DNA of 60,647 bases, filler included, from Sphacelaria rigidula (GCA_964200075.2; 5 parts of 5 records of this genome joined end to end with filler, not necessarily neighbours in it), one strand, 5' to 3'. Positions 24,699-38,846 are shown, counted from the whole stretch's first letter. Made by a program: numbers and translations. The notes: generated from the sequence alone by a model not told the origin.

Positions 24699-27600
24699 CT
24701 GGGTCATCGGGCCCAGCGTCTTGTCGATCTGCGACAGAAACAACAGTCTCGAGAACAGGAGCGGGGCGATCGCAGCGAGGAAAAACTTCGCGACGTAAAA
24801 TGATCCAATCTGGAACGTACTCCCTCCGGACATGTCGGTGTCGTCGGTGGTCACCCCGGCCCCCCGCCCGCACAGCCGAGCCGTCAGCGCGACGGAGATG
24901 AAGATTATGGTCATGACGTCCAGAATGTTCCATGTATCATGTAGAAAGTACCTGTGTTACCACCATGCGAGCATATGTAGGACCACCAGGCCAGCGCACT
25001 AGCTTCAGAGATCAGTAACTACGTAGTAATGAAGTATCATCTGAACGCAATCCTGAAGTTCGGTCACAACCCCTAAATACGGAACGAGCAGAGCCCTTCG
25101 AAACCTCCCAACCCCAATCCGTCCCAACGCCGGTGAGGACACGCTTCTGCCATCGTACGTTGCCCCAAATCGAATCACATCGCGAACACCTATCAATTTA
25201 ACCCGGTTGACTTCTCAAATACCTCTTGACTGCAGTCGCCACGCGGTGTTGAGGTTTGAGTATCGTCTCCCCCAGGAGGAATTTCTCCACCTTGCTACAA
25301 GCGCTGCCGAAGATTTTACGTCTAGGGATTGCGACTGAGGAAATGGACTTGCGGAGTGGCAACGCCTCGCGAAACTCGAGGATCTCGCGCCACAGCAGCC
25401 CCTGTCACGGCAAAGGAATAAAAATCAAGACCTTCATAACAGCTGACATTAAGCATGCGAACTTTCGTGAACTAAGGAAGAGCTGCAACACGCATAGGAG
25501 ACGATAGACAGGGCAGCAATCTGACACTCTTAGTTGTGTCCGCCACATGATGCCTCGAGGTAGATTTACCACTGAGACTGCAATAATTGCGGTCGCGTGT
25601 GCCGTATCTAGTAGCTGTTCCTGTCGCAAGCATCATACAGTAGATGTATGTTAAGAGCCATTCTAGACGAGCTATGGATTAAATGAGTGGGAGAAGAAAA
25701 AGTGGATGACGGAGTCAACCTTCAGAAAAAGTCGTCCGCGCTGGTCCGGGAAAATCTGCGAGTTTTACTCAAGTCCTGATTCTTCACCACCATTCAGCAC
25801 AAAGATGGCGTACACCTCGATCACAACTTGGGATGCTTCTTAAACAACCGCAAGGGCAGCTCCGTTTGGTGTAGGCATTAGTAGCGGTGCCCGAAGCACT
25901 ACGCGGTGTGTAGACTGGGTGCGACAGCCGTGAAACGGTGTTCCCTTGCTCTGAAGTGTGCGTTTGGATCAGGTATAAGCATGAATGATACGAGTATTGT
26001 CTATAGATTTTGAACCGTATTACAGCCCGGACTCAGGCACGGTAGGGGGTGGGCACTTGAGCTGTAAAACACCATGCGAGGAGCTGAGCGACTGGATGTA
26101 CGATGTTAACTTTGGTCTTTACTCAATACACACGGCGAAAAGGAATACTACTGTACAGCTCAAAACTATTTCCATGGGCCTCGGGTTCTCGGCCGCGCGT
26201 TTTTGAACCCCTTGACCGATATCTTGTCTTGATTATTTCCAAGTGAATATGATGCCGATTCAACTCATGACCCACCCCGGCCGTCGCTTTGGGGTGGCTC
26301 TTGTACGAGTCCTCATAGTGGTAGTTGTGGACCTTCTTGAACGTCGGAACTAGGCGTGCTATCTTCGGGTTTGAAATGCTCAGGTATATTGTGCAGTCTG
26401 CGTCGTGTCCGCCTGTACATGAGGACCAACGTATTCGCAATGTGCTCATGTATGTCAAGAAAATGCGCCTTCTTGGCCACTGTTTCACCCTCATTATTTC
26501 CGGAAAGGTCCTCTCATCCGCGCAAGAGCCACTCCCGTCCAAAATAACCCTGAAGTAGGGCACGATGCACCAAACAAACCAAAGAATATTTATCACGGGC
26601 ACGTACAAGTAGCAATCCATCTACTCGTGTACTTTTGACGACTCTTGTAGACCAGGTAGGAATCGACGTTCAAAGGCGCCGATCAACCGAACCACTGATC
26701 ATCGTACCGACATTTTGAGCATTTCAGGGCAATGCATCTACAGTAGGCACCGAAACGCACTCTTCAACACGCGGCCGCCATGGTTTCGAGCGAAAAAATG
26801 GGTGGTTCAGCACCATCGTGAATAGTAGGTGCGAAACATGCTGATGCCCTTTTGCCAGTGGCGCACGAGTGCTGCGCACAGTGCGTTTGATGTACCAAGG
26901 ACTACCTCAAAAACGCTCTGCTATTCACGAATACAGTGGTTACGAGCGAATAGACTCATGTATAATCATATACGTTCTTCCGCGAGAACTTTGGATTCCC
27001 GAACGGCGGCATTCTTGGTGTAGTGCATCCAGGGTAGCCACAAATCATGCCATAGCTCGGCAATTGGAGGGTGATCTACGTGCGGCGTGTCTTCCCTACC
27101 AATTTGCACGGGCTCTTGTTTAGCATCTTAGCTTACGCCCCATCGAAGACAAACGACGCTACATACTACACAAAGTAACAAGAAACGTGCCTTTCCGGAC
27201 TTTTGAGTGGTATTCCCCAACCGAGAAGAGGGTGGACTTATTGTGGCAACTCGAATGGCTCGTTCTACTGCTTGGCAGAGTCCTGGCGCAACTCTGAAGC
27301 ACAATCTCTTTCATCAAACGGTCGAAGTGCAGAGCGACTCCGATGGTTTCCTGTGTTTCAACGCGTTTGGTGGTTTTTTGTTGGTGGCGTAAAACATTCC
27401 CCACCTCTTGTAAAAATAAGTTGCGTGTTCCGAGAACGCACAAGTGAATCTGAATCTCCTCGGAAAACATAACAAGCCACTCGGAGACGTTTAAGCCTTT
27501 ACGGGCAGACAGCGTTGCGAGAGGTTGTTTTCGGATTGTAAGAAACGCATATGCAGCAGTCTCCACTAGAAGTTATTCGCATGACCATCTCATTTGCGAA

Positions 27601-30600
27601 ATATTGCTGGAAAGTGAATGCTAGAACTGGGCCATTGATAGACCTAGAACGAGAGCATCTCATGGCGAGGAACCAGCTACCTAATAGTGCATCAGGTGTA
27701 CAGACGTCAAACGAAGAAGAAGAACGCCATGAGTAAATCGATGCAATTTCGGAAGGCGTCAGGCAGGCCCCGCGACCTATACCATTGAATATGATGTGAG
27801 GATTAACAAGGATAAATTCAGATACACATTCCTATCGTCGAGGATCAAACACACCTATACATCGGAGTGCACTCTACAAAATGGCATCTTCCGAAAGTAG
27901 CTCACCGCGCCAAAGATGTAGAAACCGATCTCGTCATACGGGATCTCGTCGCTACTGTCGAGACGCACGCTAGAGATGTAAAAGCCCAGCATCACCCTTA
28001 CGAGGTAAACACGACAGAACAGAAGGACGAGCGAGCCGTGAGTGGGGTGGAAGTCAAATGTTCATGGTTGATGGATGAATACTCGGGTGAATCATGCTCG
28101 AAGACGCAGTTTCCGTACACTCGAGCACGAATTGAAAACTCCAGTATGCAACGCTTGGGGTTCATGCACCTATCATCTTGGCACATGTGCACGTGGTAGC
28201 ATCTAGGGGTGGGATGACGACATGACTCTACACCGTTCAAAGTCCCGCCTCGAGCAGAGGCCGCCACTCACAAGTAACCCAGCAGCGCGTACGCGAAACG
28301 GACTCCGGGAACCACAAAAAACGCGGTCGGCTTGCCAATATTCCCAGCCAACGAAAAGTGCAGTGCCGGTAGCAGAGTAAGATGTGGGAATCCAGTTGTA
28401 GTGCCTACAGGTTCCACCACCATGCGCCCCTCTTCAGTGTCCCATCCTTGAAGCAATCTGCCAAGCCAGTCAACGCAAGAATGGTTCAGTTTTTCTTGAG
28501 CACGATTTCGCCATGTGTTTCATATATTACCACCCGATGCAGTTCAGACCACACTAACGGGCACAACTCAAGGTTTGATGGAACTTTCATTACGGATACA
28601 ACGGACGCATACTTTATCATTAGGTGGACGCACCGCAGGAGCCCCTCAAACGTTGCGAAAGTCCACTTCCGGAGGCTGCCGTAGATTATCTTCCCGTCCG
28701 TACGCAGTGCAACAGAAGCCGTACGCGGCGCAGCAGAGTTTGCAGCGGCCCCTTCACTCGAGCCACCCTTGTAGTACTTGTAGAAGCCCTCGGTAATGGG
28801 GTAGTTGAAAGGGTTTCTAGATTGCCAGTTGGGGAGGGTGCACGAAAACGTCAGGGAGACGAAGTCCAAAACCAGCGGTGCGTTGATGAACGACAGCGCC
28901 TTGGACCCCCTGTCAACGGCGAGCTGAAGAGGGTCCAAGCATTCAGGCTCCACAGACCTGCGGATGGTTCAGTCAGGTGAGCTTTCTGTAAGCCACTACG
29001 ATAGACTCCGCGAGAAGCGCCTTTCCGCGATCATGTCGGCTGTAATCCGCACCGTGGCGGTTCAACCAACAACTTACCACAATTGGGAGGGGGAAATGTC
29101 GGAGGATGAAAGCACAATCAGCGACAACTGAACGTTCCTGCTTGGGAACGCCCGTGAACGGCATGCGATCTCTTCGGCATTGAGCAACAGCACCATTTCT
29201 CAAAGTACGCGATAACCACCCTTTCATAGCACCGTTGTCTTACGCCGATGGTACACACCTGTTGTTCACGGAGCCTCGTGGGGTAGGGAGTAGCATTCGT
29301 CGCTGCGAGCAGAAAATGCAAGCAGAATATCGCGGCCGGGAAAGAATGCGTAAAACGCCCCGGAATGGATTCGGCTAGTGCATCAATATAGCCACATCAG
29401 GTGCAGTTAACATGCTCCAGAGTACTAGGGTCAGACATGCACAGGCGAATAAGATCAACACAAACAAAACTACAACACCGACCGGGCAGAACACGAATAA
29501 CTCTTCGCCATTAAATACCCCATAATACTGACGATCCACGTACTGGCTTCAAAAATCGGGGATTGTTGTGAGAATTACGCTGACACGTTGATATATGAGA
29601 TGCTGCTATTGGTGACTGCTAAGTACTCGAAAATAGCGACAGTCCCACGGTAGCAACATTGCATTAAATCGACTGCGAAACAAACCCACAGCACTCGTAT
29701 CAAACAGGTCCGGAAACTAAGTGCACAATGCCAAAATGCCCGACGTCTCAGCATCATGGGCATCTAATCTAATATTTCTCACGAGTCCTTGTATACGATA
29801 CCATACAGATATAAACAAGAAAGGCAGGCGCCAGCGCCGGAAGCAGTGAATAACACAAAACAGGATACCCCGTCCGACGAAACATCAACGCCGCTAGAGG
29901 CGTACCAACGTCACAGTGGGACCAACCGTCACATATCGACATGACTTTGAGCGGATGAATCTCACTCTTTGCCCGATTGAGAACTGTTAAGTGGAAGAAC
30001 ACACGGGTGGTGGCCGGTGCAAGGTTTTTACAGTCATGCTTTCAACCCTTTCCTCGCTTGGGACAAATTCGTGCATCCTTGAGGGTGTTGTAAATTCTCT
30101 AGACGGCACAGTCTATTTTAATTGTGTTTTTGAATGTAGTAGTTGCGACAAAAATAGTGGTACAACCTGTCGCGGTTCAACAAAGCTATGAACCATGTAG
30201 TACAGTCGCACCCGTATCTTTTCGCGGAAACTACCTCTCTGATGTTGATTTATGGTCTACGTGTTTGAATGACGTTTCAAGTAGGGTATTACTGCAATAG
30301 GCGTGTTGCCATGATTTGTCAAGGAAAGATACTCTGGAGAGTACCTGAGCCATGTAAGCTGTACGATATCTTGTGTGCGAGCTTGCAATCGATCTAGGCT
30401 GAAGCACTGGCAAGGCTACCGCATCGGCAGTGGCGAGGGTGAAATGGATGATAAGATTTGCCCCTACGTACGGGTAGAAGTCTTTGCTTTTTGTTCCAGG
30501 ATTGAGCATGTTTGGAATCGGTAGTTTCTACCGCCCTTGCAATCACTCTCCTTCATCACCTCCAGTTCTCTGCTTTGAGAAGAAACTGTGCGTTCTGTTT

Positions 30601-33600
30601 TTCCTTGGCCGAGTGAAGAGCCCAATCAAACCTATGTCTCATTGATTTTTATTCTGAGCTGCAGAAGCGAAGAGGTTTTACTACCACCGTGCAACCTCTG
30701 CTATACTACTGTCTCCGTGACAGTAGTCGGTCTGTTTCGAGAACACCACGAGCCAAGACATTTCCAAGAGAGGGACCAACGCGTATCTCTCCAGATACAT
30801 CATGCCGATCATTTTCTTACCGTTGCACTCAAGCAGCACTCCCGCACTGCTTTACGGCACAAAAATCCTCCCCCGTATTGATATAAAAGCCGCCAGATGA
30901 TTTTCCGGTTATACAACTCCGCATTCTTCCCGTTGCCACGTGCCTGCAATCCACAATCCCGGATGATCGTTGCAAAGTACCACAGTGCACTGTATACCGA
31001 CAATCTGTGATGCTCAACTTGCACCCGACATGAGGCGATGTTGCGATTCCAGTACCTGCCACGCTCTTTTTTTGTGTATAGTTAATACGATCCGCACGAA
31101 GGGGCATTCGAGTCCATGATTTACAGAGAGCGCTGACATGGCCTTGGTGGAGAAGACTACGACCACATCTCCTTTTGCGTCTGTGCTTGAGGCACAACTG
31201 ATCCGGAGACACAAAGGGTTATTCTGTTCTGTTGCTGTCGAGAATAGTCTTGACTGCTCTAGGTTTCAAGAATTTGTTGACTGTCCGTCTATTCCAGCGA
31301 TGAGAATCGTCGCCCGAAGGTACGTTGCGTGTCTCTCGAAAGACCTGATGACTCGCGTGTTTTGAAGACCATGGATGTTGCACCCTTTTTCACGACATAA
31401 ACTGCCTTGAATGGGTACACCGGACTGGTCGGGGCCAAACGACTCAAGCTAACAGTACACGTCAGAGAAAAAGACTACGCAATCGGTTCCTGTAGTGCAA
31501 CTCCATACCACTGCGATGAACCCGACTAGGTGAGCCAGTCTCTCTCGTTGTGCCCTCCGTTTTTCTCCGGTCTTCCCGTCCAGCTTGGGGTCATAACATT
31601 TGACAAGCTCCATCCCTACGCCCCTGACAGTGTGAGGAAGCCTGGCCAGCAACTGTGTGGGCGTGCGAAGAAAGTATGGTCTGACGATGAGCGGCGACTG
31701 ATATCCAATAATTTCATCAGCGGAACAGCTTCGTCTCTGAGCCTGGAGGGGGGTACGGCAGGGGAGCTTCCCCCAGCACTTCCTATTCGACTAAAACATG
31801 TATCGACGAGTGTTCAACGCGCGCCATCACACCTTATCTCACCTCGTCTGAAAACGCGTCGACGTTTCGCTGGAGTTGCCGCAATCCGCCACGAAGCATG
31901 GGAAGATCTGCCTCCGTTTTGGCCATGTGTTTGGACACCACTGCGCACATCACTAGCGGGTTGCTGCCAGACAAGCAAGGTTAACAGGAGTTAATACGAA
32001 AGCCTTTAGGAGCAAGACAAGCATATAGTAGGGGGGTGGTCGACTCTTTAGGGTGCACCGATCCCATGGGAACCTCCCCTTCCCCCCCTCCCCCCACATA
32101 CATTCCTCTTTGCGTCTTGATACGGGATAAATGGTAGGCACAGTATAAGAATCGTGAAACGAACAAGGATTCAAATCACAAACTCGAGGGGGAGCGGTCG
32201 GTAAGTTACGGTAAAGTTCACGCGACACTTCCTCTCTCCCTCCCTTTCCTCCCGACACACGGAGGCCGCACGCAATTTGGGACCCCTACCCTATCTGGTG
32301 CAATACAGCGCGCATGCTCCGTGCTGTACCTGTGGCGCTTGATTTCCAACATGATCGTTTCGCTGATGTTTTCCTCATGGTCTCCTATGCTCTTGAGGAG
32401 GGTGGGAATTATGTCCCCCAGACGAAAACCCAGCTTCACGAGTGACCTAGTATGCACGACGCAGGGCAGTTTTCGGGTTTTCGGTCGATGGCATGTATGC
32501 ATATACGCTTGTCAGAAGATTTCCTCTTCAACAAGTGACGAATACGACACACCCATTCATGCAACTTGATACCATTTTCACCCACATACAAACGCACCGC
32601 GAGTAGTTAGGTCGTTTGGCACACCTGTGAGTCTGTGGTTTTCGTGAAATCACCCCCCCACCACCACCACCCCTATCGTAGCATCACTCGCATGTATGCA
32701 CACCGATGATCAGGGGATATCCTCTTCAACGAGTGACAGTAAAAAACCGAACGGCAGTCGCCTCAACCGCACGTCGGTCTTGTAGTTGGATGTGTAATTC
32801 GTGTGGGTGGTTCTTCACCTGAGATCTTGGAATGCTCCCATTTCGGCTGCCTTCTGGACGATGGGACTGAACCACTCTCTCCATTCACAATCGTCATCCC
32901 CATGGCGCCTTTCATGGCATTCCCCATGCTCTGCTTTATTGAACGCCTGGGCCAAGGTGCCACCCGCGACGACACAATTGTTGCAAGGAATAGAAACGAT
33001 CGGCTCGGTCTGAGCAGAGTAAAGTACGCACGTAATGCCAGTCCTGTACGAGAAGCAGGTAACCGTATTGGTGCAAGTATCTGACTCTGCTGCTTTCCAG
33101 GACACCGATTGCACAGTCGCACGAAATGATACGAGTTGAATAGATTTGCTTGTATCACCCCGCATACGGCTACTGTCCAGGATGTACCTGCGATACGTGG
33201 CTCCACATGACGGGAGAAATGCGCGGCGGCAGACCATCGTCTCGCGGCAGGAAGCGAATTTTATCGCCTCGCGGTAAAGTCGCGCGCGGGTCTAGATGGC
33301 TCCGGTGCTGCAACTGTTCCTTGACCTGACATTATGTTGCGGCGTGTTGTGGAGGCATAGGCTGACTGCTGGATGTTTCGCTTTTATAACACACTGACGC
33401 GCAGGCCACGCCAAAATATACGTGGTGTCGAGTAGGGGACTACAGTCTACGAAACCACGGGATAGATCAACAGATTGGCTAGAAACACAGCTGCATAGGC
33501 TACACGAAAGGGGGAGTGTAACGTGCTGGAGAGCTAGCTTTCGCCCGAGAGACTATAGCGATTGCTCGGTGAACACGCGGCGTTTGTATAATCAGTTGCG

Positions 33601-36286
33601 ATGCAACAATCTGCACTACTGTCAGCGCTGACTGTTTGCCTACTATCAAGTGCTCGTCGATCTGAGTGAGAAATATTATCGAGGCCGAACCACTGGAAAC
33701 AAGGGGGCGAAAAGCAACCCTCCCCGGATGCACGTAGACCTTAATAGTCCCGCCCCACCTTTGTGAGATCCCACTGCTTGTCTTTGTCTTGGCACATCTT
33801 GATGACCTCGTCGAACAAGGCGGTGTTGCCTCGGAATGCAGCGGCCGCTAAAGGAGAGAGTCTCGTTTTCCCTGCATCTTTCCCGGGGACAAGTTCATCG
33901 AGAAGGAGTTCATCCCCTGTCTTGTTGGCTATGACTTGAGGATCATGGGGGGCAGCCTGAAGCCAACAACAGTATACGAACAGCGGGCATGCCACCATTT
34001 CAGGCGGTCGGCGGGGACTAGGGGCGGACAACAAAAGGTCTACGCCCTGGACGATGTGCATTCAGGCGTCAACAGGCGTACAGTAGAAAGCACAGTTGGG
34101 GACAAGCTCGTGGAATACGTTTCGCAACAAGTGGGCAGAGGGTATTCCTCGCCATCTCATGAAATCTAGTTTTCCAAGGACCCTCTAGTGACCAGCCTTG
34201 TCTACACACACCTCTTCGAGTGCACGCCAGACATCCAAAAATACTTGCTTGGCATCCTGGTTCGCCTCGTTCACGCGACCCCTGGCTGATGCAGCGTATG
34301 CCAATGTACCAACGTTGTTGTCCTTGCCTCGCACGATGTCCCACCTCTACAATGCAGAGTTGATCGGCGGAGCACAGAAAAGGTAGTGAACTGAGTCTTT
34401 GCGCATTACAGAAGTCGGTATGAACCAACTTTGTCGATGGACCATAAATATCCCTTCAACAAGTTCGGGCTGTGGTGCAAGGATAATCCGCAGGCGTGAT
34501 CAAGACCACGACCAATAGCGTCTATAGGACATGGGCACATATGTTCAGGGGGAAAACGAATACTTTTGAAGACAATAGCAGGAAACGACAATCCTCGAGA
34601 CAGACACCTATCCACCGCAAGGATGCAAGGATACCTGTACTGTAACTACAGGTACAGAGTATTCTCGAAAGTCAAATGCCACCAATCTTCGTATCAGATG
34701 AACCTTCAAAACAGACGTACCTTATCCTCGTCAACGTGTTCCCAAATGAGCTTTTTCACCAACTCCACTGTTTTCGGGTTGCCCGATAGCACGGTCAGGG
34801 GAAAGAGATCGATCTCGAGATTCGTCGGCTTTATCGGAATATCACCGTTGATATCCTCGGGAGAGAAATCGCTGATACCGTCGACGCACATGGTGTAGCA
34901 CTTTTCACCAACCATCTTGCGATATGCCTCCGACTCCTGGACTCCGTTGATTTTCGCATGTGAGACCGCAGCCTGCAAAATGAAACCCCCCAAATCGAAC
35001 AACGCGGTCTGGTAGATCAATGCATAATCGTCTGAATATGATAGGGACGTGTTGCAAATGATCCGTTGATCCACAGAAAATCGTATACATGAGTTGTACC
35101 CATGCAACTTGGTTTCATAGGGCCATAGAAAGCCTCGGAAAGCCCAAGACGTGACACATCCCGCAGTAGCACAGCGGTACTACTGGTTGGAAATAGAGGT
35201 GTGCAAGAAGAGCGCGCCTCTAATGACACGATTCGCAACTACACGATACGGAGAGGGAAAGTACTACTCCCACAGAGCGTGTCGTGTTTCACTCACTTTC
35301 AGCATGCACTCCAACAATACGCGGTGCCCACCCCATGCAGCGTGTGCCACTAGGTGGTGCAAGACAGCTTTACACACGTCCTGTTTACTCGTGTTTTCAC
35401 TCTCAATCCAAAAGCGCTCAGCGTACTCTTCGATACCCTTGCGCACGACCTCGCTTCGCTCTGTCAAATCCTGTCTAGAGTTTTCCATGTCCGTGAGGTT
35501 CGCGCCCATCGCGTCGCGTGTAGCATCTTTAGTGACCAAGTCGAGTTTCTCCAACACGAGCCAAAACTCGAGCCAGCCGCCTCGGGCTGCGTGAATGATG
35601 GGAGGTAGTCGAAAATGCTCATTCCTGCCGTTCGTGCATCGTCGATTCCTAAACTTGTACTCGCGCCTAGGGCCCTCTGAGATTGTGCCTGCGACTAGAT
35701 GGTCGGTTTGATCTTCGAGAGAACCCATTGCATCGAGCAGCAGCTTCAGTTTAGCACGCTTGGTGTCAAATTCGCAGGCTGATCCCCGCCCACTCTTGCC
35801 AGAAGTTGTGGGCGCTAACAGGCACATCACAGGAGTTCGGCGAAGTCGATCCATCTTACACGCTTGGTTCGCCTTATCCTCTCTATCAGAGGGCAAAACG
35901 GCCTGGAGAGTATCCTCACAGCCCGCTTCTGCCGCGTGATGTACCCCTGTCATATGGCAGACATCTGTTCCTTTGGCCCGTGCCCTGATGTCGACTTCAT
36001 AGTCGTCTTTGTCAGTGCAGGGGTCTAGGTCGTAGTACATACTTGCGACCTCTCGAAACGTATCCGAACTGCAACTGCGCGTCGCATACGTCATGAGGGA
36101 TCGACCAGCGCAGTCAGCACGGTTCAACTGTTCAGTCAATCCACCGACGCCCAGCGCGGCTTTAATGGTTGAAGCGACTTCCCTCAAGCATTGTCGATTT
36201 CCCTTTCCTGATGCCGCCTGCGACAGGATGGGAGCCCCGTTCGCGTCTGTTCCGCGCAGTTGTTCCACAAGCGCCCCTACACCAAT
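24699..36286 (-). CDS. Ankyrin-repeat, TRP-like (transient receptor potential / ion-transport domain) channel, partial at both ends; exons 36286-35297, 34972-34721, 34346-34212, 33956-33759, 33325-33188, 32946-32819, 32446-32330, 31963-31843, 31652-31509, 29302-29259, 28957-28634, 28457-28272, 27996-27906, 25401-25223, 24951-24699
   Basis: All 15 exons are AG/GT bounded, phase-compatible and sum to 3300 nt with no stop. Ankyrin-like units: DANGAPILSQAASG, DCAGRSLMTYATRS, MTGVHHAAEAG, RTPVMCLL, PPIIHAARGG, LSPLAAAAFRGN. Pre-S1 region: DPLQLAV...FINAPLV. TM segments: VPGVRFAYALLGYL|VMLGFYISS, EIGFYIFGA|GLLWREILEF, YFLHDTWNILDVMTIIFISVALTAR, FLAAIAPLLFSRLLFLSQIDKTLGPMTQ. These fit the TRP-type S1-S4 and the S4-S5 linker (W-N-x-L-D, LGP). 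S5-pore-S6 is not in the contig. Confidence 0.85.
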
Positions 36287-36349
36287 CTGTCGTGAATTGC
36301 GCATAGGTGCGTTGAAGCGAGGAGGGGGGGGGGGGTGTACTCATGATCA

Positions 36350-36449
36350 NNNNNNNNNNNNNNNNNNNNNNNNNNNNNNNNNNNNNNNNNNNNTTAATTA
36401 ATTAANNNNNNNNNNNNNNNNNNNNNNNNNNNNNNNNNNNNNNNNNNNN
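36350..36449. other. Artificial contig spacer N44-TTAATTAATTAA-N44
   Basis: Same linker. Confidence 0.97.
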
Positions 36450-36800
36450 GCGAGTATCCGCCAGCCTGTCTTTTCCCCTTATTTCGATCACATCTCTTAC
36501 TTTGCCTTGTACCCCGCGTCTTCATCTATAGACAGCATTTCGTCTTGGTTTCCGCCCATTTCCTTCCACACTTTCTCGACTTCTTCATCCCACCTTACTC
36601 CAGCCTGCCCTATCGTGCTTTTCTTCCATACAGTCCTATCACCTATTGCTGACAATCTCTTTCTCTGCATGTTGTTCACGCTATACTGCCATCGCAGTTT
36701 TCTCATGTCTCTGTTTGTTTTTAGTGAGTACATTCTCAACTCTGCTCTCAGTACTGTATTACTCGTCGTTTTCGAGCATCCCAGTATTTTCTTAGCTGCT
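36450..36800 (-). mobile_element. Non-LTR retrotransposon (LINE) ORF2 C-terminal fragment, degenerate
   Basis: The minus frame reads AAKKILGCSKTTSNTVLRAELRMYSLKTNRDMRKLRWQY...KRLSAIGDR..W...GVRWDEEVEKVWKEMGG, then stops. The R/K-ILG...T.N..LRAELG/R segment is typical of the region after the RT domain in LINE ORF2. Confidence 0.75.
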
Positions 36801-37579
36801 GGAGGGGTGGGTGGGGGGGGGGGGATAAAAGATCAGTCCACCCGAGCCAGTTGTCCAATGTGGGATAAGATACTGTATAGTACCTCAAGTTCGAAGTAGC
36901 ACGGGTTGTTTTGGGGTTTTCCTCGCGTACTACGCTTCGATAGAACTCTAAACAGATCGTCCTCAAAACGCAGCGCCCAAGTTAGTGTTAGTTGGCGTTA
37001 TCGGGCGGTACGAGTAGATACTCCGTTTATCAGGAGGGTGTTCTTGACCGTGGAACACAGTTTTTCGGTTCTAGTTCAATGAGTAGGTGAAATGAAAAAA
37101 ACCCTTTACATTTCTTCACAAATATGACCTGAAAAGTAGCAGGATCCCCGATGACCGGTCAGCCCGTAAGTCACGCAATATTGAATACAGGTGATATTTT
37201 GTTTGGAATTTGGAGCGGATACTGGTATCTTCAGATCCCTAATGTGATGAGCGATGGCAAGCGAAAGAACCTAAGAAAAGTGACAGTTACGAAGGAATGA
37301 CCAAACATCCTACTTTGAACTCGAGGTACTGTATTCCAGCCGGTCGCCCCGGTGGCTCAGTTGGTAACCTCGAATCCCTCTGCGGTTGGGCCGTGAGTTG
37401 GAATCTCGGTGAAGTTACACCATCTTGGTCTTTTCTCAGACTAAACCTGAGAGTGGAGAATGACTGTCGTGGGTACACAGAGTTCAACTTCACGATCGAC
37501 GAGGAAAATGGGCTGCTGAACCAGTCTCGCGATAAAAAATGAGGCAAGAAGCGCAAGAGGAAGTTGGAGTACTAGAACA

Positions 37580-37710
37580 AAATCCAAAAAGGAACTCCCG
37601 TGTTGGCCTTCCTCCTGTGTGACCCCGTCTGATGCGTCCTTTGATACCGAAAGGTGTAGACTGGCGTCCAGAATAGATGGGATGGCGTTACACACACCAT
37701 TCCTGTAGTA
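37580..37710 (-). repeat. Interspersed repeat shared with the end of contig 2 (24140-24200)
   Basis: The minus strand gtgtgt..ccatcccatctattctggacgccagtctacacctttcgg matches + strand 24140-24192 gtgtgt..tcgtcccatttattctggacgccagtctacccctttcgg. Confidence 0.7.
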
Positions 37711-38047
37711 AAAGGCGAAGCTGAGAATGTACCGGGACAAAACCTGCTTGATTAGATCGGCGGGCGAAGCCCGCATCACAAGCCACACCTCCCATACACA
37801 AACAAGGTATCCCAGGGTGCATTAAAAGAAGCTCGACTGCAGCCGAGCGATCAAACTCGGCACTCGCCCAAAATCGAGGACCTCTCCATAATCAGAAGGA
37901 GGATGAAAACATGGGACATGTCCTGCTTCATTGGACCGCACAGCAAAAACACACTCACGCCCTCTTTCATGTGTTGGAGCTTTCACTGCCTTTACTCTGG
38001 TGCGTTGACGCGTTGTGAAAACGGTTTGGATTGCATGAGCTGCGATC

Positions 38048-38300
38048 TTAACAACGTTTTCGCGAGGTTGAGAGTAGAGGATACGATTGAGAGTGATGAA
38101 CCGGTGAACCAGTGGATGAATCGTTTCAGTTCCGAAATGCCCCTCCACGAGGCCCAATATGCTTTCTGTAGTAGCTTGCCAAGGAGGCCCTTGATATCCC
38201 TGGGTAGGATATCGACGTGGAGCTGTAAGCACACGCCAGTGATGGAGGCAATTTGAAGCGCACACGGATTAAAAAATTGGCTAAGTTGAAGCGAATGATC
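38048..38300 (+). repeat. ~250-bp repeat with an inverted second copy at ~43835-44088
   Basis: gagagtagaggatacgattgagagtga...gaaatgcccctcc.cgaggccc...cttgatatccc..gtaggatatcgacgtg.agctgtaagcacacgccag.gatgg is present as the reverse complement at 43880-44088. Confidence 0.8.
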
Positions 38301-38846
38301 AAAGCCAATCTCAATCAGCGCTCTACCCTCAATCTCATGAAAACGTTATTTATTGTCGTTGTGTTCTGTCTCTGCAGAAAACAGCGTTGGTCGGCACACA
38401 GTGCTGGCTGCGCACTGTTCAAAAGTTTATGGTGTGTTGACTGCTTCGTCTTTCGTAAAATGAAGAAGGCGCTGTCCGTTGCTGCGATGCTCTTGCCGGT
38501 GCAGTGCGTTGGGGCCGCGTACTGTATCGCACTACTCGTATCGTATTGTGTTCAGTGTGCTATACTGTACTATGTAGTGATTATACTATATGAGTGCGGG
38601 CGTCATTGGCCGTGAGATTCGCCCGCACGAACACTAGGTTGTAGACTTGTCTCCTGGCAATTCCCAAGCAAAATGGAGCGACCTGATTGGTAGTTGGTTA
38701 CCAAACAGTTCTGTCCCGCTCCAAATGCAGTGTGCCCAGTAAAACATACGAAGGACAACCGCTGTATGTACCGTTCGGTTAACCGTATCCATGTAAAAAG
38801 TTGCCAGAAATCACCCTGTGATCATGTGAACAGTTACCGAAAGTAT

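Noticed and set aside
30472..30527. Alternative phase 0->2 exon (KLPIPNMLNPGTKSKDFY) for the TRP-like gene
   Set aside because: Its acceptor is purine-rich. Exon 29302-29259 has a much better polypyrimidine tract and donor and the same phases, and both cannot be included in frame.
14879..36286. Apparent single minus-strand fusion gene: ankyrin-TRP(S1-S4)-WW-WW-SAM
   Set aside because: The two parts lie on different contigs separated by an artificial spacer. The phases are also incompatible (the TRP part ends in phase 0, the WW exon starts in phase 1), and the channel lacks S5-S6.
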